Shown here piece after piece: positions 27,125 to 36,978 of a stretch of 64,000 bases of DNA. Under the pieces are notes generated by a model that saw nothing but the letters and a program-made list of their open reading frames with translations, had not been told where the DNA came from and made no database searches. Numbering within the stretch: the stretch's first letter is position 1; every line of letters begins with the position of its first letter. Source of the DNA: Prochlorococcus marinus CUG1438 (GTDB lineage Bacteria > Cyanobacteriota > Cyanobacteriia > PCC-6307 > Cyanobiaceae); NCBI GenBank assembly GCA_017644325.1, contig JAEPLS010000003.1:73974-137973 (forward strand), written 5' to 3'. Made by a program: the position numbers and the translations under genes.

Positions 27125-28048
27125 TTAGCTAATACTATCAACTAATCCGTTCTGTATTCCTGCTTTTCTAAGTTTTCTTAAAGCACGTTGAACAACTTGT
27201 CGGCAATATTCCCGGCTACAACTCATATGTCTTGCAACTTCAGCTAAAGTTCTCCATTCATTTGAGCCGTCTAAACCAAATCTTAGACTTACTATTTTTC
27301 TTTCCTTCTCAGTTAAATTTGCTTTATCTAATAACTTCCAAGCCGAGGCTGTCCTTTCGGCTAATTCGGCTAATTCCATTGGGGGAGTCTGATCACTTGG
27401 AAGAATATCAACTAACTCGGAAGGGTCTGATTTTGATTTAACAGTACCTTGGAGACTAACAGTGATACTTCTCAATTCACAAGAAAGGAGTTCGTCAATC
27501 TCCTCTTTGGTTATTTTCAATTCTTCTGCAAGCTCATCACTAGTGGGTGGAATACCCTTAAGTTGCATAAGCCTTGATTTTGCTGATCTTAGTTTTGTAA
27601 GTTTTTCATTAATGTTAACAGGGATCCTTATCGTTCTACTTTGAGTTGACAATGCTCTATTTAAACCTTGCCTAATCCACCAATAAGCATAAGTAGAAAA
27701 TCTATGTCCTCTAGAAGGATCATATTTTTCTACGGCCCTGGTAAGACCTAATGTCCCCTCTTGAATTAAGTCCAGTAATTCTAATCCTTTCCCTTGGTAT
27801 CTCTTGGCAAGGTTTACAACTAGTCTTAGATTCGCTGTTATCATCTCGTTTTTAGCTTTCTCGCCAATTTTGATCTTTTTTCTTTCATCTTGGGAATATT
27901 CACAAGCCGGACCTTTCCCTCCTGCCTCTTGACATCTATTAACAAGTACAACCATTTCCTGGACTTTTCTGCCCATTGTGAGTTCTCTTTCGGGAGTCAA
28001 AAGTTCATGACGACCTATTTCACCAAGAAAATCGCTTAATGAACTCAC
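27125..28048 (-). CDS. Sigma-70 family RNA polymerase sigma factor, group 2 type
   Basis: Regions 2-4 are present: …NLRLVVNLAKRYQGKGLELLDLIQEGTLGLTRAVEKYDPSRGHRFSTYAYWWIRQ…, and region 4.2 as TLAEVARHMSCSREYCRQVVQRALRKLR. At 307 aa there is no long region 1.1. Confidence 0.92.
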   Translation of the reverse strand: MSSLSDFLGEIGRHELLTPERELTMGRKVQEMVVLVNRCQEAGGKGPACEYSQDERKKIKIGEKAKNEMITANLRLVVNLAKRYQGKGLELLDLIQEGTLGLTRAVEKYDPSRGHRFSTYAYWWIRQGLNRALSTQSRTIRIPVNINEKLTKLRSAKSRLMQLKGIPPTSDELAEELKITKEEIDELLSCELRSITVSLQGTVKSKSDPSELVDILPSDQTPPMELAELAERTASAWKLLDKANLTEKERKIVSLRFGLDGSNEWRTLAEVARHMSCSREYCRQVVQRALRKLRKAGIQNGLVDSIS

Positions 28049-28108
28049 GATTTACCTCATCGTTGATATATTTAACTTATAGTCAATTCATTAATAAGCC
28101 ATACATGT

Positions 28109-28152
28109 AATAATTAATTAATAATTAATTAATAATTGTTAATTAACTAATT
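28109..28152. repeat. Tandem 11-bp A/T-only repeat (AATAATTAATT x2 perfect, plus 2 degenerate copies) upstream of the sigma-factor gene
   Basis: I read it directly: AATAATTAATT|AATAATTAATT|AATAATTGTT|AATTAACTAATT. It lies 61-104 nt upstream of the sigma start codon at 28048. Confidence 0.8.
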
Positions 28153-28208
28153 AAAACTATTTTTTTTAATTTTCAGGTTAAAAGTTATAAACTATAAATT
28201 TTAATTTT

Positions 28209-28868
28209 TTAATTTTTTCGTCTTGATTCTAGAACAGCAAGTACATCTCTCCACTCAATGCCTTTATGCATAAGAGCTACTTGCAGATGGTAAATTAAAT
28301 CGGCAGCTTCATTTGAGATTGAATTTTTATCATTATCTTTGCAAGCCATTATAAATTCTGCAGATTCCTCTCCTATTTTTTTTAAAATAGTGTTACTACC
28401 TTTTGTTAATAAATGATTTGTGTAACTTTTTTCAGATGGATTGATGGATCTTTCGTTAATTGTATTAAATAATTCAGAGCAAATATTTGAGAAGGGAGTT
28501 GTTTTTTTCTCTTTTTTATCACTTTGATTAATTTGGATTTCGTTGAAAAAACAACTTTTTTCCCCAGTGTGACATGCTCCTGAACCATTTTGTTCAATCA
28601 AGAGGATTAGTGCATCATTATCGCAGTCGAATCTTATCTCCTTAAGTATTTGAGTACTTCCACTGGTAGCTCCTTTTCTCCAAATTTCAGATCTTGATCT
28701 ACTCCAATAATGAACGTTTTTGGTTTCAAGTGTCATCGTTAAAGATTCTTTGTTCATCCAAGCAAGCATAAGAATTGATCCGTCAAGCCAATCTTGTGCT
28801 ATTGCAGGGATTAATCCATAATTATCAAAGCGTAGATCCTCTATCGAAAAATTAGTTGAATAAGTCAT
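28209..28868 (-). CDS. hisIE: Bifunctional phosphoribosyl-AMP cyclohydrolase / phosphoribosyl-ATP pyrophosphatase
   Basis: The HisI part reads …GLIPAIAQDWLDGSILMLAWMNKESL…YWSRSRSEIWRKGATSG…DCDNDALILLIEQNGSGACHTGEKSCF. The HisE part reads …GEESAEFIMA…EAADLIYHL. Confidence 0.9.
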   Translation of the reverse strand: MTYSTNFSIEDLRFDNYGLIPAIAQDWLDGSILMLAWMNKESLTMTLETKNVHYWSRSRSEIWRKGATSGSTQILKEIRFDCDNDALILLIEQNGSGACHTGEKSCFFNEIQINQSDKKEKKTTPFSNICSELFNTINERSINPSEKSYTNHLLTKGSNTILKKIGEESAEFIMACKDNDKNSISNEAADLIYHLQVALMHKGIEWRDVLAVLESRRKN

Positions 28869-28931
28869 TATGTTCTTTATGTTAAATCCTACTCAATGTG
28901 TTTTATTAAAATTTATCCTAACAGTTAATTG

Positions 28932-29402
28932 ATGTATATTCATTCTCAGAAATTTTCATGCACCAAAAGTTACGAGGATTTCCCCTGCGCACATAGGCAA
29001 TGGCGCCATGAAGGCCACTGCAGATTTGTGCATGGATATTCAAGATCATTTACCTTTTGGTTCACTGCAAAAAAATTAGACCTAAATGGTTTTGTTGTCG
29101 ATTTTTCAAGTCTAAAGCCCCTCGAAAATAGACTAAAGGATCAATTTGACCATACTTTTTTAATAAATAAAGATGACCCTTTGCTTAATTACTGGAAAAA
29201 ATTACATGACTTAGATGCTTTAGACCTGAGAATTATGGATAATGTGGGCATGGAGTTCACCTCTGAATTAATTTGGAGATGGGCTAATGAATATTTAAAG
29301 GATAAGGATAAGGGCAGAACATGTTGTTGGAAAACAGAATCAAAAGAAAATAAATCGAATAAAGCAAGTTATCAGGAAATTCCTGATTGGTTCAAATCTT
29401 AG
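28932..29402 (+). CDS. queD: 6-carboxy-5,6,7,8-tetrahydropterin synthase / 6-pyruvoyl-tetrahydropterin synthase family (QueD-like)
   Basis: It has the PTPS-family motifs CAHRQW…GHCRFVHGYS and …DHTFL. The track begins at the TTG at 28929; I prefer the adjacent ATG at 28932. Confidence 0.8.
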   Translation: MYIHSQKFSCTKSYEDFPCAHRQWRHEGHCRFVHGYSRSFTFWFTAKKLDLNGFVVDFSSLKPLENRLKDQFDHTFLINKDDPLLNYWKKLHDLDALDLRIMDNVGMEFTSELIWRWANEYLKDKDKGRTCCWKTESKENKSNKASYQEIPDWFKS

Positions 29403-29450
29403 ATTAAAGTTGTTAAATTTCAAGTCATATAGGTTTCTTTAATTTTGAAT

Positions 29451-32036
29451 TTAATCAACAATTATCTCTCCATTAACCAGATAAATATTAATCTCGTCTT
29501 TATTAAGGTAATGATTATTCAATATATTATTTGAAATTTTTGTCTCAATTTGTTTTTGAATAATTCTTTTTAAAGGCCTTGCACCATAGGCATGATCGAA
29601 ACTATTTTCAACAAGTTGGTTAATTGCCTCATCAGTAATTTTGAAGTTTAATTTTTTTTTGTTAAGTCTTTTTTCTAATTCTTGAAGCTGAATTTTCGCA
29701 ATTTCTTTTATGTCATTTAATTCTAAATTATTAAAAATAACTATTTCATCAAGTCGATTTAAAAACTCAGGCTTGAAAAATTTTTTAATTTCATTATTTA
29801 CAACTTTTTTAATTTCATTTGCATCTTCTTTTCTAACTGATAAATCATTAATTGATTGACTTCCTAAATTACTTGTTAGAACAATTATTGAATTTTTGAA
29901 ATTGATTGTACGACCTTGACCATCAGTAATGATTCCATCATCAAGAACTTGTAAGAGAATATCTAAAATATCTTTGTGAGCTTTCTCTATTTCATCAAGA
30001 AGTATCAATGAATAAGGATTTTTGCGTACAGCTTCAGTTAATTGACCGCCTGATTCGAAACCTAAATATCCAGGAGGCGCACCTATAATTTTGCTCACTG
30101 AATGCTTTTCCATATATTCAGACATATCCAGTCTTGTAATTGAAGAATTTGAATCAAATATAATTTTGGCGGTTACTTTACTAAGTTCTGTTTTCCCAAC
30201 ACCAGTTGGTCCTAAAAAGAGAAAACTGGCTAATGGCTTGCTTGGATCATTTAGACCAGTCCTTGATCTCTTTATGGAATCTGCAACAGCCCTAATTGCA
30301 CTACCTTGTCCAATGATTTTTTCTTTAAGGATTGACTCGAGGCTCAAAAGTTTATCTTTTTCTGGCTGGTTTAAGTTTTGTACTGGAATAGAGGTCCACT
30401 TTGAGACAACTTCTGCAATATCATCTAAAGTTACCTCTTGTCTTAAAAGACTTGGATCTCCATTTTTTTGGGAATTTACTAGGGCCTCACTTTTTTCTTT
30501 CAATTTTTTTTGCAAAGAATTTAAAGTTCCAAATTCTAATTCTGCTGCTTTATTGAGGTCAAAACTCCTTTTGGCTTGTTCTATCTGCAATTGAACTGAT
30601 TCAATTTCTTCTTTTATGGTGCTGATCTCATCAATTTCATCTTTTTCTTTTTTCCATTGAGTGCCTAATTCTGTCTGTTTATCTTTAAGGGATATAAGTT
30701 CATTATTGATTTTTTTTAATCTTTCTATAGAAAAATCATCTGTTTCTCTTTTTAAAGATAATTTTTCCATCTCAAACTGTAGAACTTTTCGATCAATTTC
30801 ATCAATTTCTTCAGGTTTGGAAGTTATGACCATATTTAATCTTGAGGCTGCTTCATCGATTAGATCTATTGCTTTGTCAGGAAGAAATCTATCGTTAATA
30901 TATCTTTCGCTAAGAGTTGCTGCAGCAACTAAAGCATTATCAGAAATCCTCACACTATGGTGAACTTCGTATCTTTCTCTCAATCCTCTTAAAATTGATA
31001 CAGTATCATCTATTGAAGGAGCATCAACTTTTATTTTTTGAAATCTTCTTTCTAAAGCAGGATCTTTTTCTATATTTTGTTTATGTTCATTAATAGTTGT
31101 AGCACCAATACACCTAAGTTCTCCTCTCGCAAGCATTGGTTTTAATAAGTTGCTTGCATCTAATGAACCTCCGCTAGCACCAGCACCAACAACAGTATGA
31201 ATTTCATCAATAAAAAGAATCATCTTACCGTCTGATTCCTTAACTTTCTTTAGGACATTTTTTATTCTTTCTTCAAATTCTCCACGATATTTTGCCCCAG
31301 CTATGAGTGAACCCATATCTATTGAAATTAATTGCCTATCTTGTAGAGCAGAAGGTACATCACCATTAATAATTCTTTGAGCCAACCCTTCAACTATGGC
31401 TGTTTTACCAACCCCAGGTTCTCCAATAAGAACTGGATTATTTTTTGTTCTCCTACTCAATATTTGAATGGTTCTTCTAATTTCTTCATCCCTACCAATG
31501 ACTGGGTCTAAAATTCCATCTCGTGCAGATTGAGTTAGATCAATACCATATTTTTCCAAAGACTCATTAGAAGTATTAAATTCGTTTTTTAATGCTGGAT
31601 CTGACTTCATTTTCTTTATAGTTTCAAGAAATTCTGGAATACCTTTTTGATTTAAAATTTGAAATCTATATTTATCATCATAAGTGAAACCGTAAATTAA
31701 GTGTTCTGTTGATATCACTACATCATTTAAAGTATTTTTTATATCATTAGCTTTTAAAAATATTTTGTGAAGACTATCACCAATATATAAATTATCTTGT
31801 TTATTCTTCATTTTTGCCTTCGAATTTAATGAAGAAATTATTTCGTTCTCAATCTTTTGAATATTTACATTAGTTTCCTTTAAGATTTTTTTTGTAAAGT
31901 TGTCTTGTTTTATAAGAGCTAATAATAAATTGTCAGAGTCTACGTTTTGTTGATAATTTTTATAAGAAATTTCTTTGGCTAAAATAAAACAGCTCCAAGC
32001 TGAATTTGAAAATTCGCTTGGAAATATTTTCATCAA
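29451..32036 (-). CDS. clpB: ClpB-type AAA+ disaggregase
   Basis: There are two AAA+ modules (GEPGVGKTA… and GPTGVGKTE…) separated by a long coiled-coil middle domain. The protein is 861 aa. Confidence 0.93.
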   Translation of the reverse strand: MMKIFPSEFSNSAWSCFILAKEISYKNYQQNVDSDNLLLALIKQDNFTKKILKETNVNIQKIENEIISSLNSKAKMKNKQDNLYIGDSLHKIFLKANDIKNTLNDVVISTEHLIYGFTYDDKYRFQILNQKGIPEFLETIKKMKSDPALKNEFNTSNESLEKYGIDLTQSARDGILDPVIGRDEEIRRTIQILSRRTKNNPVLIGEPGVGKTAIVEGLAQRIINGDVPSALQDRQLISIDMGSLIAGAKYRGEFEERIKNVLKKVKESDGKMILFIDEIHTVVGAGASGGSLDASNLLKPMLARGELRCIGATTINEHKQNIEKDPALERRFQKIKVDAPSIDDTVSILRGLRERYEVHHSVRISDNALVAAATLSERYINDRFLPDKAIDLIDEAASRLNMVITSKPEEIDEIDRKVLQFEMEKLSLKRETDDFSIERLKKINNELISLKDKQTELGTQWKKEKDEIDEISTIKEEIESVQLQIEQAKRSFDLNKAAELEFGTLNSLQKKLKEKSEALVNSQKNGDPSLLRQEVTLDDIAEVVSKWTSIPVQNLNQPEKDKLLSLESILKEKIIGQGSAIRAVADSIKRSRTGLNDPSKPLASFLFLGPTGVGKTELSKVTAKIIFDSNSSITRLDMSEYMEKHSVSKIIGAPPGYLGFESGGQLTEAVRKNPYSLILLDEIEKAHKDILDILLQVLDDGIITDGQGRTINFKNSIIVLTSNLGSQSINDLSVRKEDANEIKKVVNNEIKKFFKPEFLNRLDEIVIFNNLELNDIKEIAKIQLQELEKRLNKKKLNFKITDEAINQLVENSFDHAYGARPLKRIIQKQIETKISNNILNNHYLNKDEINIYLVNGEIIVD

Positions 32037-32094
32037 TCAAACAAGATATGAATATGACGGTAGTAAGTATTAAGTAGATTAAGTTTTAAAAATA

Positions 32095-32445
32095 TTATTC
32101 AACAATAACTTTACCTACCATTCCTGCTCCTCTGTGTGGCTCGCAATAGTAATCATAAGTTCCTGCATTTTCAAATGTTTCTTCCCAAGACTCTCCTGGG
32201 GCAAAAGCTAGGTCAGCATGACTTAACTCCTCATGTCCATCAAAAACAGCATTATGTGGGGCTAATTTATTATTGACGAATTTAACTGTGTCACCAGTAC
32301 TAATGGTTACTGTACTCGGTTCAAACGCAAGCATTCCAGCATCTGTTCCAAGTTTTACTTCAACAGTCTTAGCTGAAACTGATGAAATACCTAGACCTAG
32401 AGTTAAAACTATTGCGAATAACCCTGCAAAGATAGAACGTAACAT
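32095..32445 (-). CDS. petE: Plastocyanin precursor
   Basis: A signal peptide is followed by …[15 protein letters not shown]…PHNAVFD…[17 protein letters not shown], which carries the type-1 Cu ligands H, C, H, M. Confidence 0.93.
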   Translation of the reverse strand: MLRSIFAGLFAIVLTLGLGISSVSAKTVEVKLGTDAGMLAFEPSTVTISTGDTVKFVNNKLAPHNAVFDGHEELSHADLAFAPGESWEETFENAGTYDYYCEPHRGAGMVGKVIVE

Positions 32446-32504
32446 AATTAAAATTTACTTATTTATATATATTACAAGGCTTTGGGAGCCTAACTGTGAG
32501 AATT

Positions 32505-33488
32505 TTAATTGTTATTACAGGTTGGTAACTTTGATAACCTTAAAATATCATTCAGGGACTTGGCATAACTTTTTAGTTTGAAAGTCTCAGGATTAGTGAT
32601 GGGGACATGATTAAAGTCATATTTCTTGATGCTAAAGCTATCCCAAGGGGTGGTTTGGATGGGGAGAATTCTTAATAATATTTTTAGAATTTTTTTTGTA
32701 AGGGGTATCGCAAAATATCTCCTCCTATTATTTCTTTTTAAAAGCGTAATTATGGCCTGATCAATTGAAATATATTTCTGACCTAAGACAAATTTTCTAA
32801 AGCCTTTGTATTGTTCTTCTTTATGATTTTTAATAAGAAACCCACAAATTTGAGCGATATCATTTGCGTGTATAAAGTGAAATTTGGAATCTAGTTTTAA
32901 AAATCTTGCTAACCAAAGCCATTTCACAATTTCTTTCAATCCACTAGTTAAATAACTAACTGGATATTTACTTTCTTTCCCAAGATTTCCTCCAAAAACT
33001 AAGGTCGGAAAAACAGCGAAAGTTTTTTCTGCAAACGAGCTTTCTCTAAGTCTCTGGAAACATTCATATTTTGTTTGAATGTACTCTGTTCCATAAATCA
33101 ATGATTCCCTCATTAATTCTGTTTGGGTATCAAGAATGCTTGCGGTTGAAAAATAAATAATCTTTTCTAATTTTTCAATATCAAGCATTTCAAGTAATTC
33201 TTCAAAAGCTTTAATATTCACTTCATAGGCTCTTCTTGGATCTCCCCAAGCTGTAGCCGTATGTATTAGGTAATTTATTTGACTAATTTCCTTTTTATAC
33301 CGACTTGATTCCCTGATGTCACACACCATTAACTTGACTTTTTTATTTTCTTGAACAGAAATTGGCAACTTGCTTTTGTCTCTTACCATTAGATAAAGCC
33401 TGAATTTTGTGTTTTTTAAAAACCAATCAACTAAATATTGGCCAACACATCCATTCGCACCTGTGATTAATAAGTTTTTATATGACAA
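32505..33488 (-). CDS. NAD(P)-dependent epimerase/dehydratase-family (extended SDR) protein
   Basis: It has the N-terminal Rossmann motif LLITGANGCVGQYL. The substrate is unknown. Confidence 0.75.
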   Translation of the reverse strand: MSYKNLLITGANGCVGQYLVDWFLKNTKFRLYLMVRDKSKLPISVQENKKVKLMVCDIRESSRYKKEISQINYLIHTATAWGDPRRAYEVNIKAFEELLEMLDIEKLEKIIYFSTASILDTQTELMRESLIYGTEYIQTKYECFQRLRESSFAEKTFAVFPTLVFGGNLGKESKYPVSYLTSGLKEIVKWLWLARFLKLDSKFHFIHANDIAQICGFLIKNHKEEQYKGFRKFVLGQKYISIDQAIITLLKRNNRRRYFAIPLTKKILKILLRILPIQTTPWDSFSIKKYDFNHVPITNPETFKLKSYAKSLNDILRLSKLPTCNNN

Positions 33489-33496
33489 GACTTTGA

Positions 33497-34543
33497 CTAG
33501 TAAGTGAGTTTTTTTCCATGTTCAAAAAATGTTTGCGCATTTTCTTCTGGAGTTCCAGGTAAAATCCCATGACCCAAATTGAGAATATATTTCCTGTCTT
33601 TAATTTTATTGAAAGTATTATCTATCCTTTCTTTTATTGATTCTTTGTTTCCGAATAAAATGCCAGGGTCAACATTACCTTGAATTCCTATCCCATTAGG
33701 GATTCTTTTACAAGCCTCTTCTATATCTACTGTCCAGTCTAATGAGATTATATCTACTCCAGTTTTTGCCATCCTTTCTATGACACCGGCACTCCCTGAA
33801 ATGTAAAGAATGACTGGTGTTTCAGGGTGTTCGGCTTTTACAATGTCAATAACTTTTTTTTGATACGGCCCAGCAAAGATATCATAATCTTGTGGGCTTA
33901 GTTGACCTGCCCATGAATCAAAAATTTGTACTACTTGGGCTCCAGATTTTATTTGATATTTAAGATATTCACCAATAGATCTAGCAAAATGATTAAGAAG
34001 TTTATGAAGTAAATCTGGTTCTTTAAAAGCCATTGATTTTATTAAAGAATAATTTTTACTGCTTTTACCTTCAACTACATATGCAGCAAGAGTCCAAGGT
34101 GCTCCAACAAAACCTAAAACTGTTGCCTCATTATTCACATCTTTTTTTAGTGAAGAAAGAACCTTTCCCACAAAACTTAAACTCTCACTTGGATTTAACT
34201 CTTTTAAATTTTCTATCTGGTTAAGAGTTCTTATTGGGTCCTCAATTATTGGACCTTTACTTTCTATTATTTCAAAATTTATACCCATCCCCGGAAGAGG
34301 TGTGAGAATATCTGAAAAAAGGATCACACCATCTGGTTTGAAAGCATGAAAAGGCTGCATTGAAATCTCATATGATAGTTCTGGATTTTCAGACCTCTCT
34401 CTAAAGCTCGGATAACGCTCCCTTAAATCTCTATAGATTTTCATATATCTTCCTGCTTGCCTCATCATCCATACTGGAGGCCTATTTACTTTTTTACCTA
34501 ATGCGGCAGAAAGTAGTAGTGGTAAATCTTGAACCATTTTCAA
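33497..34543 (-). CDS. hemE: Uroporphyrinogen decarboxylase
   Basis: The sequence [13 protein letters not shown]…FSDIL…GAPWTLA… is canonical HemE. Confidence 0.95.
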   Translation of the reverse strand: MKMVQDLPLLLSAALGKKVNRPPVWMMRQAGRYMKIYRDLRERYPSFRERSENPELSYEISMQPFHAFKPDGVILFSDILTPLPGMGINFEIIESKGPIIEDPIRTLNQIENLKELNPSESLSFVGKVLSSLKKDVNNEATVLGFVGAPWTLAAYVVEGKSSKNYSLIKSMAFKEPDLLHKLLNHFARSIGEYLKYQIKSGAQVVQIFDSWAGQLSPQDYDIFAGPYQKKVIDIVKAEHPETPVILYISGSAGVIERMAKTGVDIISLDWTVDIEEACKRIPNGIGIQGNVDPGILFGNKESIKERIDNTFNKIKDRKYILNLGHGILPGTPEENAQTFFEHGKKLTY

Positions 34544-34654
34544 TTCAATATGTTTTTAAAAAATTAAAATTCCAACTTAAAAATCTTACAATGCAAAGCA
34601 GAGCAAAAGTGTTATATGAACATTTATATGAAGCACTAAGTTAAATGAGCCTTC

Positions 34655-36919
34655 TTATTTTTTTGATTGATGTTTGAAGATACTCACGCTTAATGGGGGT
34701 AAAGCAAGTTCTAGAGCATTTTGATAATCATGAATATTGTAATTTATGGTTTCTTTACCCCCCATATTTCCTTTGTTACTGCCTCCGTATCTAGAGCTAT
34801 CCGAATTAAATATTTCTTTATAGAAACCTTCCACCGGAACCCCTACTTTGTATGACCCATGAGTATTAGGTGTAAAGTTAGCAACAACGACAAGCCACTC
34901 ATTGGTGTAGTTTTCTCTCCTCATAAAACTTATAACCGAATTAGATTTATCATTACAATCAATCCATTGGAATCCATAAGGATCAAAGTCATTTTTCCAT
35001 AACGCGGCTTCATTTTTATAAAGTACGTTTAGGTCATCAACCAAGTTTCTGATACCTTTATGAGGCTCAAATTCTAGTAACTCCCATTGCAGATCATCCC
35101 AAACATTCCATTCTTGCCTTTGTCCAAATTCCATTCCCATAAATATCGTTTTTTTACCAGGGTGTGTCCACATATAAGTTAGTAAAGCTCTAGTGTTTGC
35201 ATATTTCTTCCAGTCATCGCCCGGCATTTTATGCAAAAGATGACTTTTCCCATGGACAACCTCATCATGACTAAGAGCAAGCATAAAGTTCTCTGTGTAG
35301 TTATATGTTATTGAGAAAGTTACACTATTTTGATGGAATTGCCTAAACCAAGGATCTATCTCAAAATAATCGAGCATATCGTGCATCCATCCCATATTCC
35401 ATTTTAAATTAAACCCTAACCCTCCCATGTCAGTTGGTTTGGTTACCATTGGCCAGGTTGTTGATTCTTCAGCGATAGAAAGTGCACCTGGGAAATGTTG
35501 AAAGAGTACATGATTAGCCTGTTGAAGAAATTTAACGGCTTCTGTATTTTCATTGCCCCCATTTTCATTTGGTATCCATTCGCCATCTGGTCGCAGATAA
35601 TCTCTGTAAAGCATTGAAGCTACGGCATCTACTCTTATGCCATCAATATGAAACTCTTCAAACCAATAAACGAGGTTGGCTACTAAGAAATTTCTTACCT
35701 CATTTCTGCTGTAATTAAATATTAGGGTCCCCCATTCTTTGTGTTCCCCTATGCGTGAATCTCCATGCTCATAAAGATGACAACCATCAAAAAATGCTAA
35801 ACCATGCTTATCTTTTGGGAAATGACCAGGTACCCAATCAAGAATTACGCCTATGCCCTCTTCATGACATTTATTGACAAACTCTCTAAATTCATTTGGG
35901 GTGCCAAATCTACTTGTTGGTGCATACCAGCCAGTAACCTGGTATCCCCATGAACCATCGAAAGGATGTTCAGATATTGGCATTAGTTCGATATGAGTGA
36001 ATCCTCTCTTTTTTACGTAAGGGATTAGCTTTTCGGTTAATTCTGGATAAGTTAATAATCTTGTTCCAGGTTTTAAATCGGCTGCAGGTACTGGGTCTCT
36101 TGGTTTGCCATTGTCTTCAAGATATTTATTATCTGTTGATTCATGGAGCCAACTTCCTAAATGCATTTCATAGACAGAAATTGGCTTGTTAATTTGACTA
36201 GAAGAATCTCTATTTGAAATCCAAGAACTATCACTCCAATTGAAGTTTTTTAACTTTGAAACTATTGAACCATTTTGAGGCCTGATTTCATGAAGAAAAC
36301 CATATGGATCAGCTTTCTCATAAATATGTCCTTGTTGCGTTCTTATTTCATATTTATATGTATCCCCTTCTTGCATGGTTGGCATGAACAGTTCCCAAAT
36401 CCCCCCTAATCTTTTTTGCATTGGATGATATCTTCCATCCCAAGAATTTATATCTCCAATTATCGATATTGATTTTGCATTGGGAGCCCAAATGCAAAAC
36501 ATGACACCTTTTTGATTATTTTCTTCAATGAGATGTGCTCCCATTTTTTTCCAAATATGATGATGGTTACCTTCTGCAAAAAGATGCCTATCAACTTCCC
36601 CCATCCATTCTTCTCTATATGACCATGGGTCATATTGTGTATGTGTGATCCCTCCTCGTGAAACATTTATTTCATAATTAGAATATGGATTCTCGGGCAG
36701 GATTACCTCAAAAAGCCATTTATGGTTTATGTTTTCAGCATCGTAGGTATTATTTTTAAAATTAATTTTTACTTCGTCGGCCTCAGGCATCCATACCCTT
36801 ATTACCCATTGCTCTTCATAAAAATGAGGACCTAATATTTTTAATGGATTATCATTGCAACAATTTTCTAGGTTGATAGCTTCTGATTTAATCCAGTCTG
36901 CTTGAATTGTCTCGATCAT
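34655..36919 (-). CDS. glgB: 1,4-alpha-glucan branching enzyme
   Basis: The 754-aa ORF has GH13 motifs [17 protein letters not shown] and EESTTWP, plus a CBM48 N-domain. Confidence 0.95.
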   Translation of the reverse strand: MIETIQADWIKSEAINLENCCNDNPLKILGPHFYEEQWVIRVWMPEADEVKINFKNNTYDAENINHKWLFEVILPENPYSNYEINVSRGGITHTQYDPWSYREEWMGEVDRHLFAEGNHHHIWKKMGAHLIEENNQKGVMFCIWAPNAKSISIIGDINSWDGRYHPMQKRLGGIWELFMPTMQEGDTYKYEIRTQQGHIYEKADPYGFLHEIRPQNGSIVSKLKNFNWSDSSWISNRDSSSQINKPISVYEMHLGSWLHESTDNKYLEDNGKPRDPVPAADLKPGTRLLTYPELTEKLIPYVKKRGFTHIELMPISEHPFDGSWGYQVTGWYAPTSRFGTPNEFREFVNKCHEEGIGVILDWVPGHFPKDKHGLAFFDGCHLYEHGDSRIGEHKEWGTLIFNYSRNEVRNFLVANLVYWFEEFHIDGIRVDAVASMLYRDYLRPDGEWIPNENGGNENTEAVKFLQQANHVLFQHFPGALSIAEESTTWPMVTKPTDMGGLGFNLKWNMGWMHDMLDYFEIDPWFRQFHQNSVTFSITYNYTENFMLALSHDEVVHGKSHLLHKMPGDDWKKYANTRALLTYMWTHPGKKTIFMGMEFGQRQEWNVWDDLQWELLEFEPHKGIRNLVDDLNVLYKNEAALWKNDFDPYGFQWIDCNDKSNSVISFMRRENYTNEWLVVVANFTPNTHGSYKVGVPVEGFYKEIFNSDSSRYGGSNKGNMGGKETINYNIHDYQNALELALPPLSVSIFKHQSKK

Positions 36920-36978
36920 GACTGGTAGATATTAAGGATTTATAATATCAAATGATTAACCAAAAAAATAATTATTTA

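Noticed and set aside
30091-30963. Antisense ORFs within clpB (30091-30594, 30661-30963), and similar embedded ORFs in tamB, proA, ndhD, thrB, thrS, mntB, DUF4336 and menD
   Set aside because: All lie opposite or out of frame within well-supported genes. They show Ser/Leu/Ile/Phe-rich low-complexity translations typical of AT-rich antisense frames.
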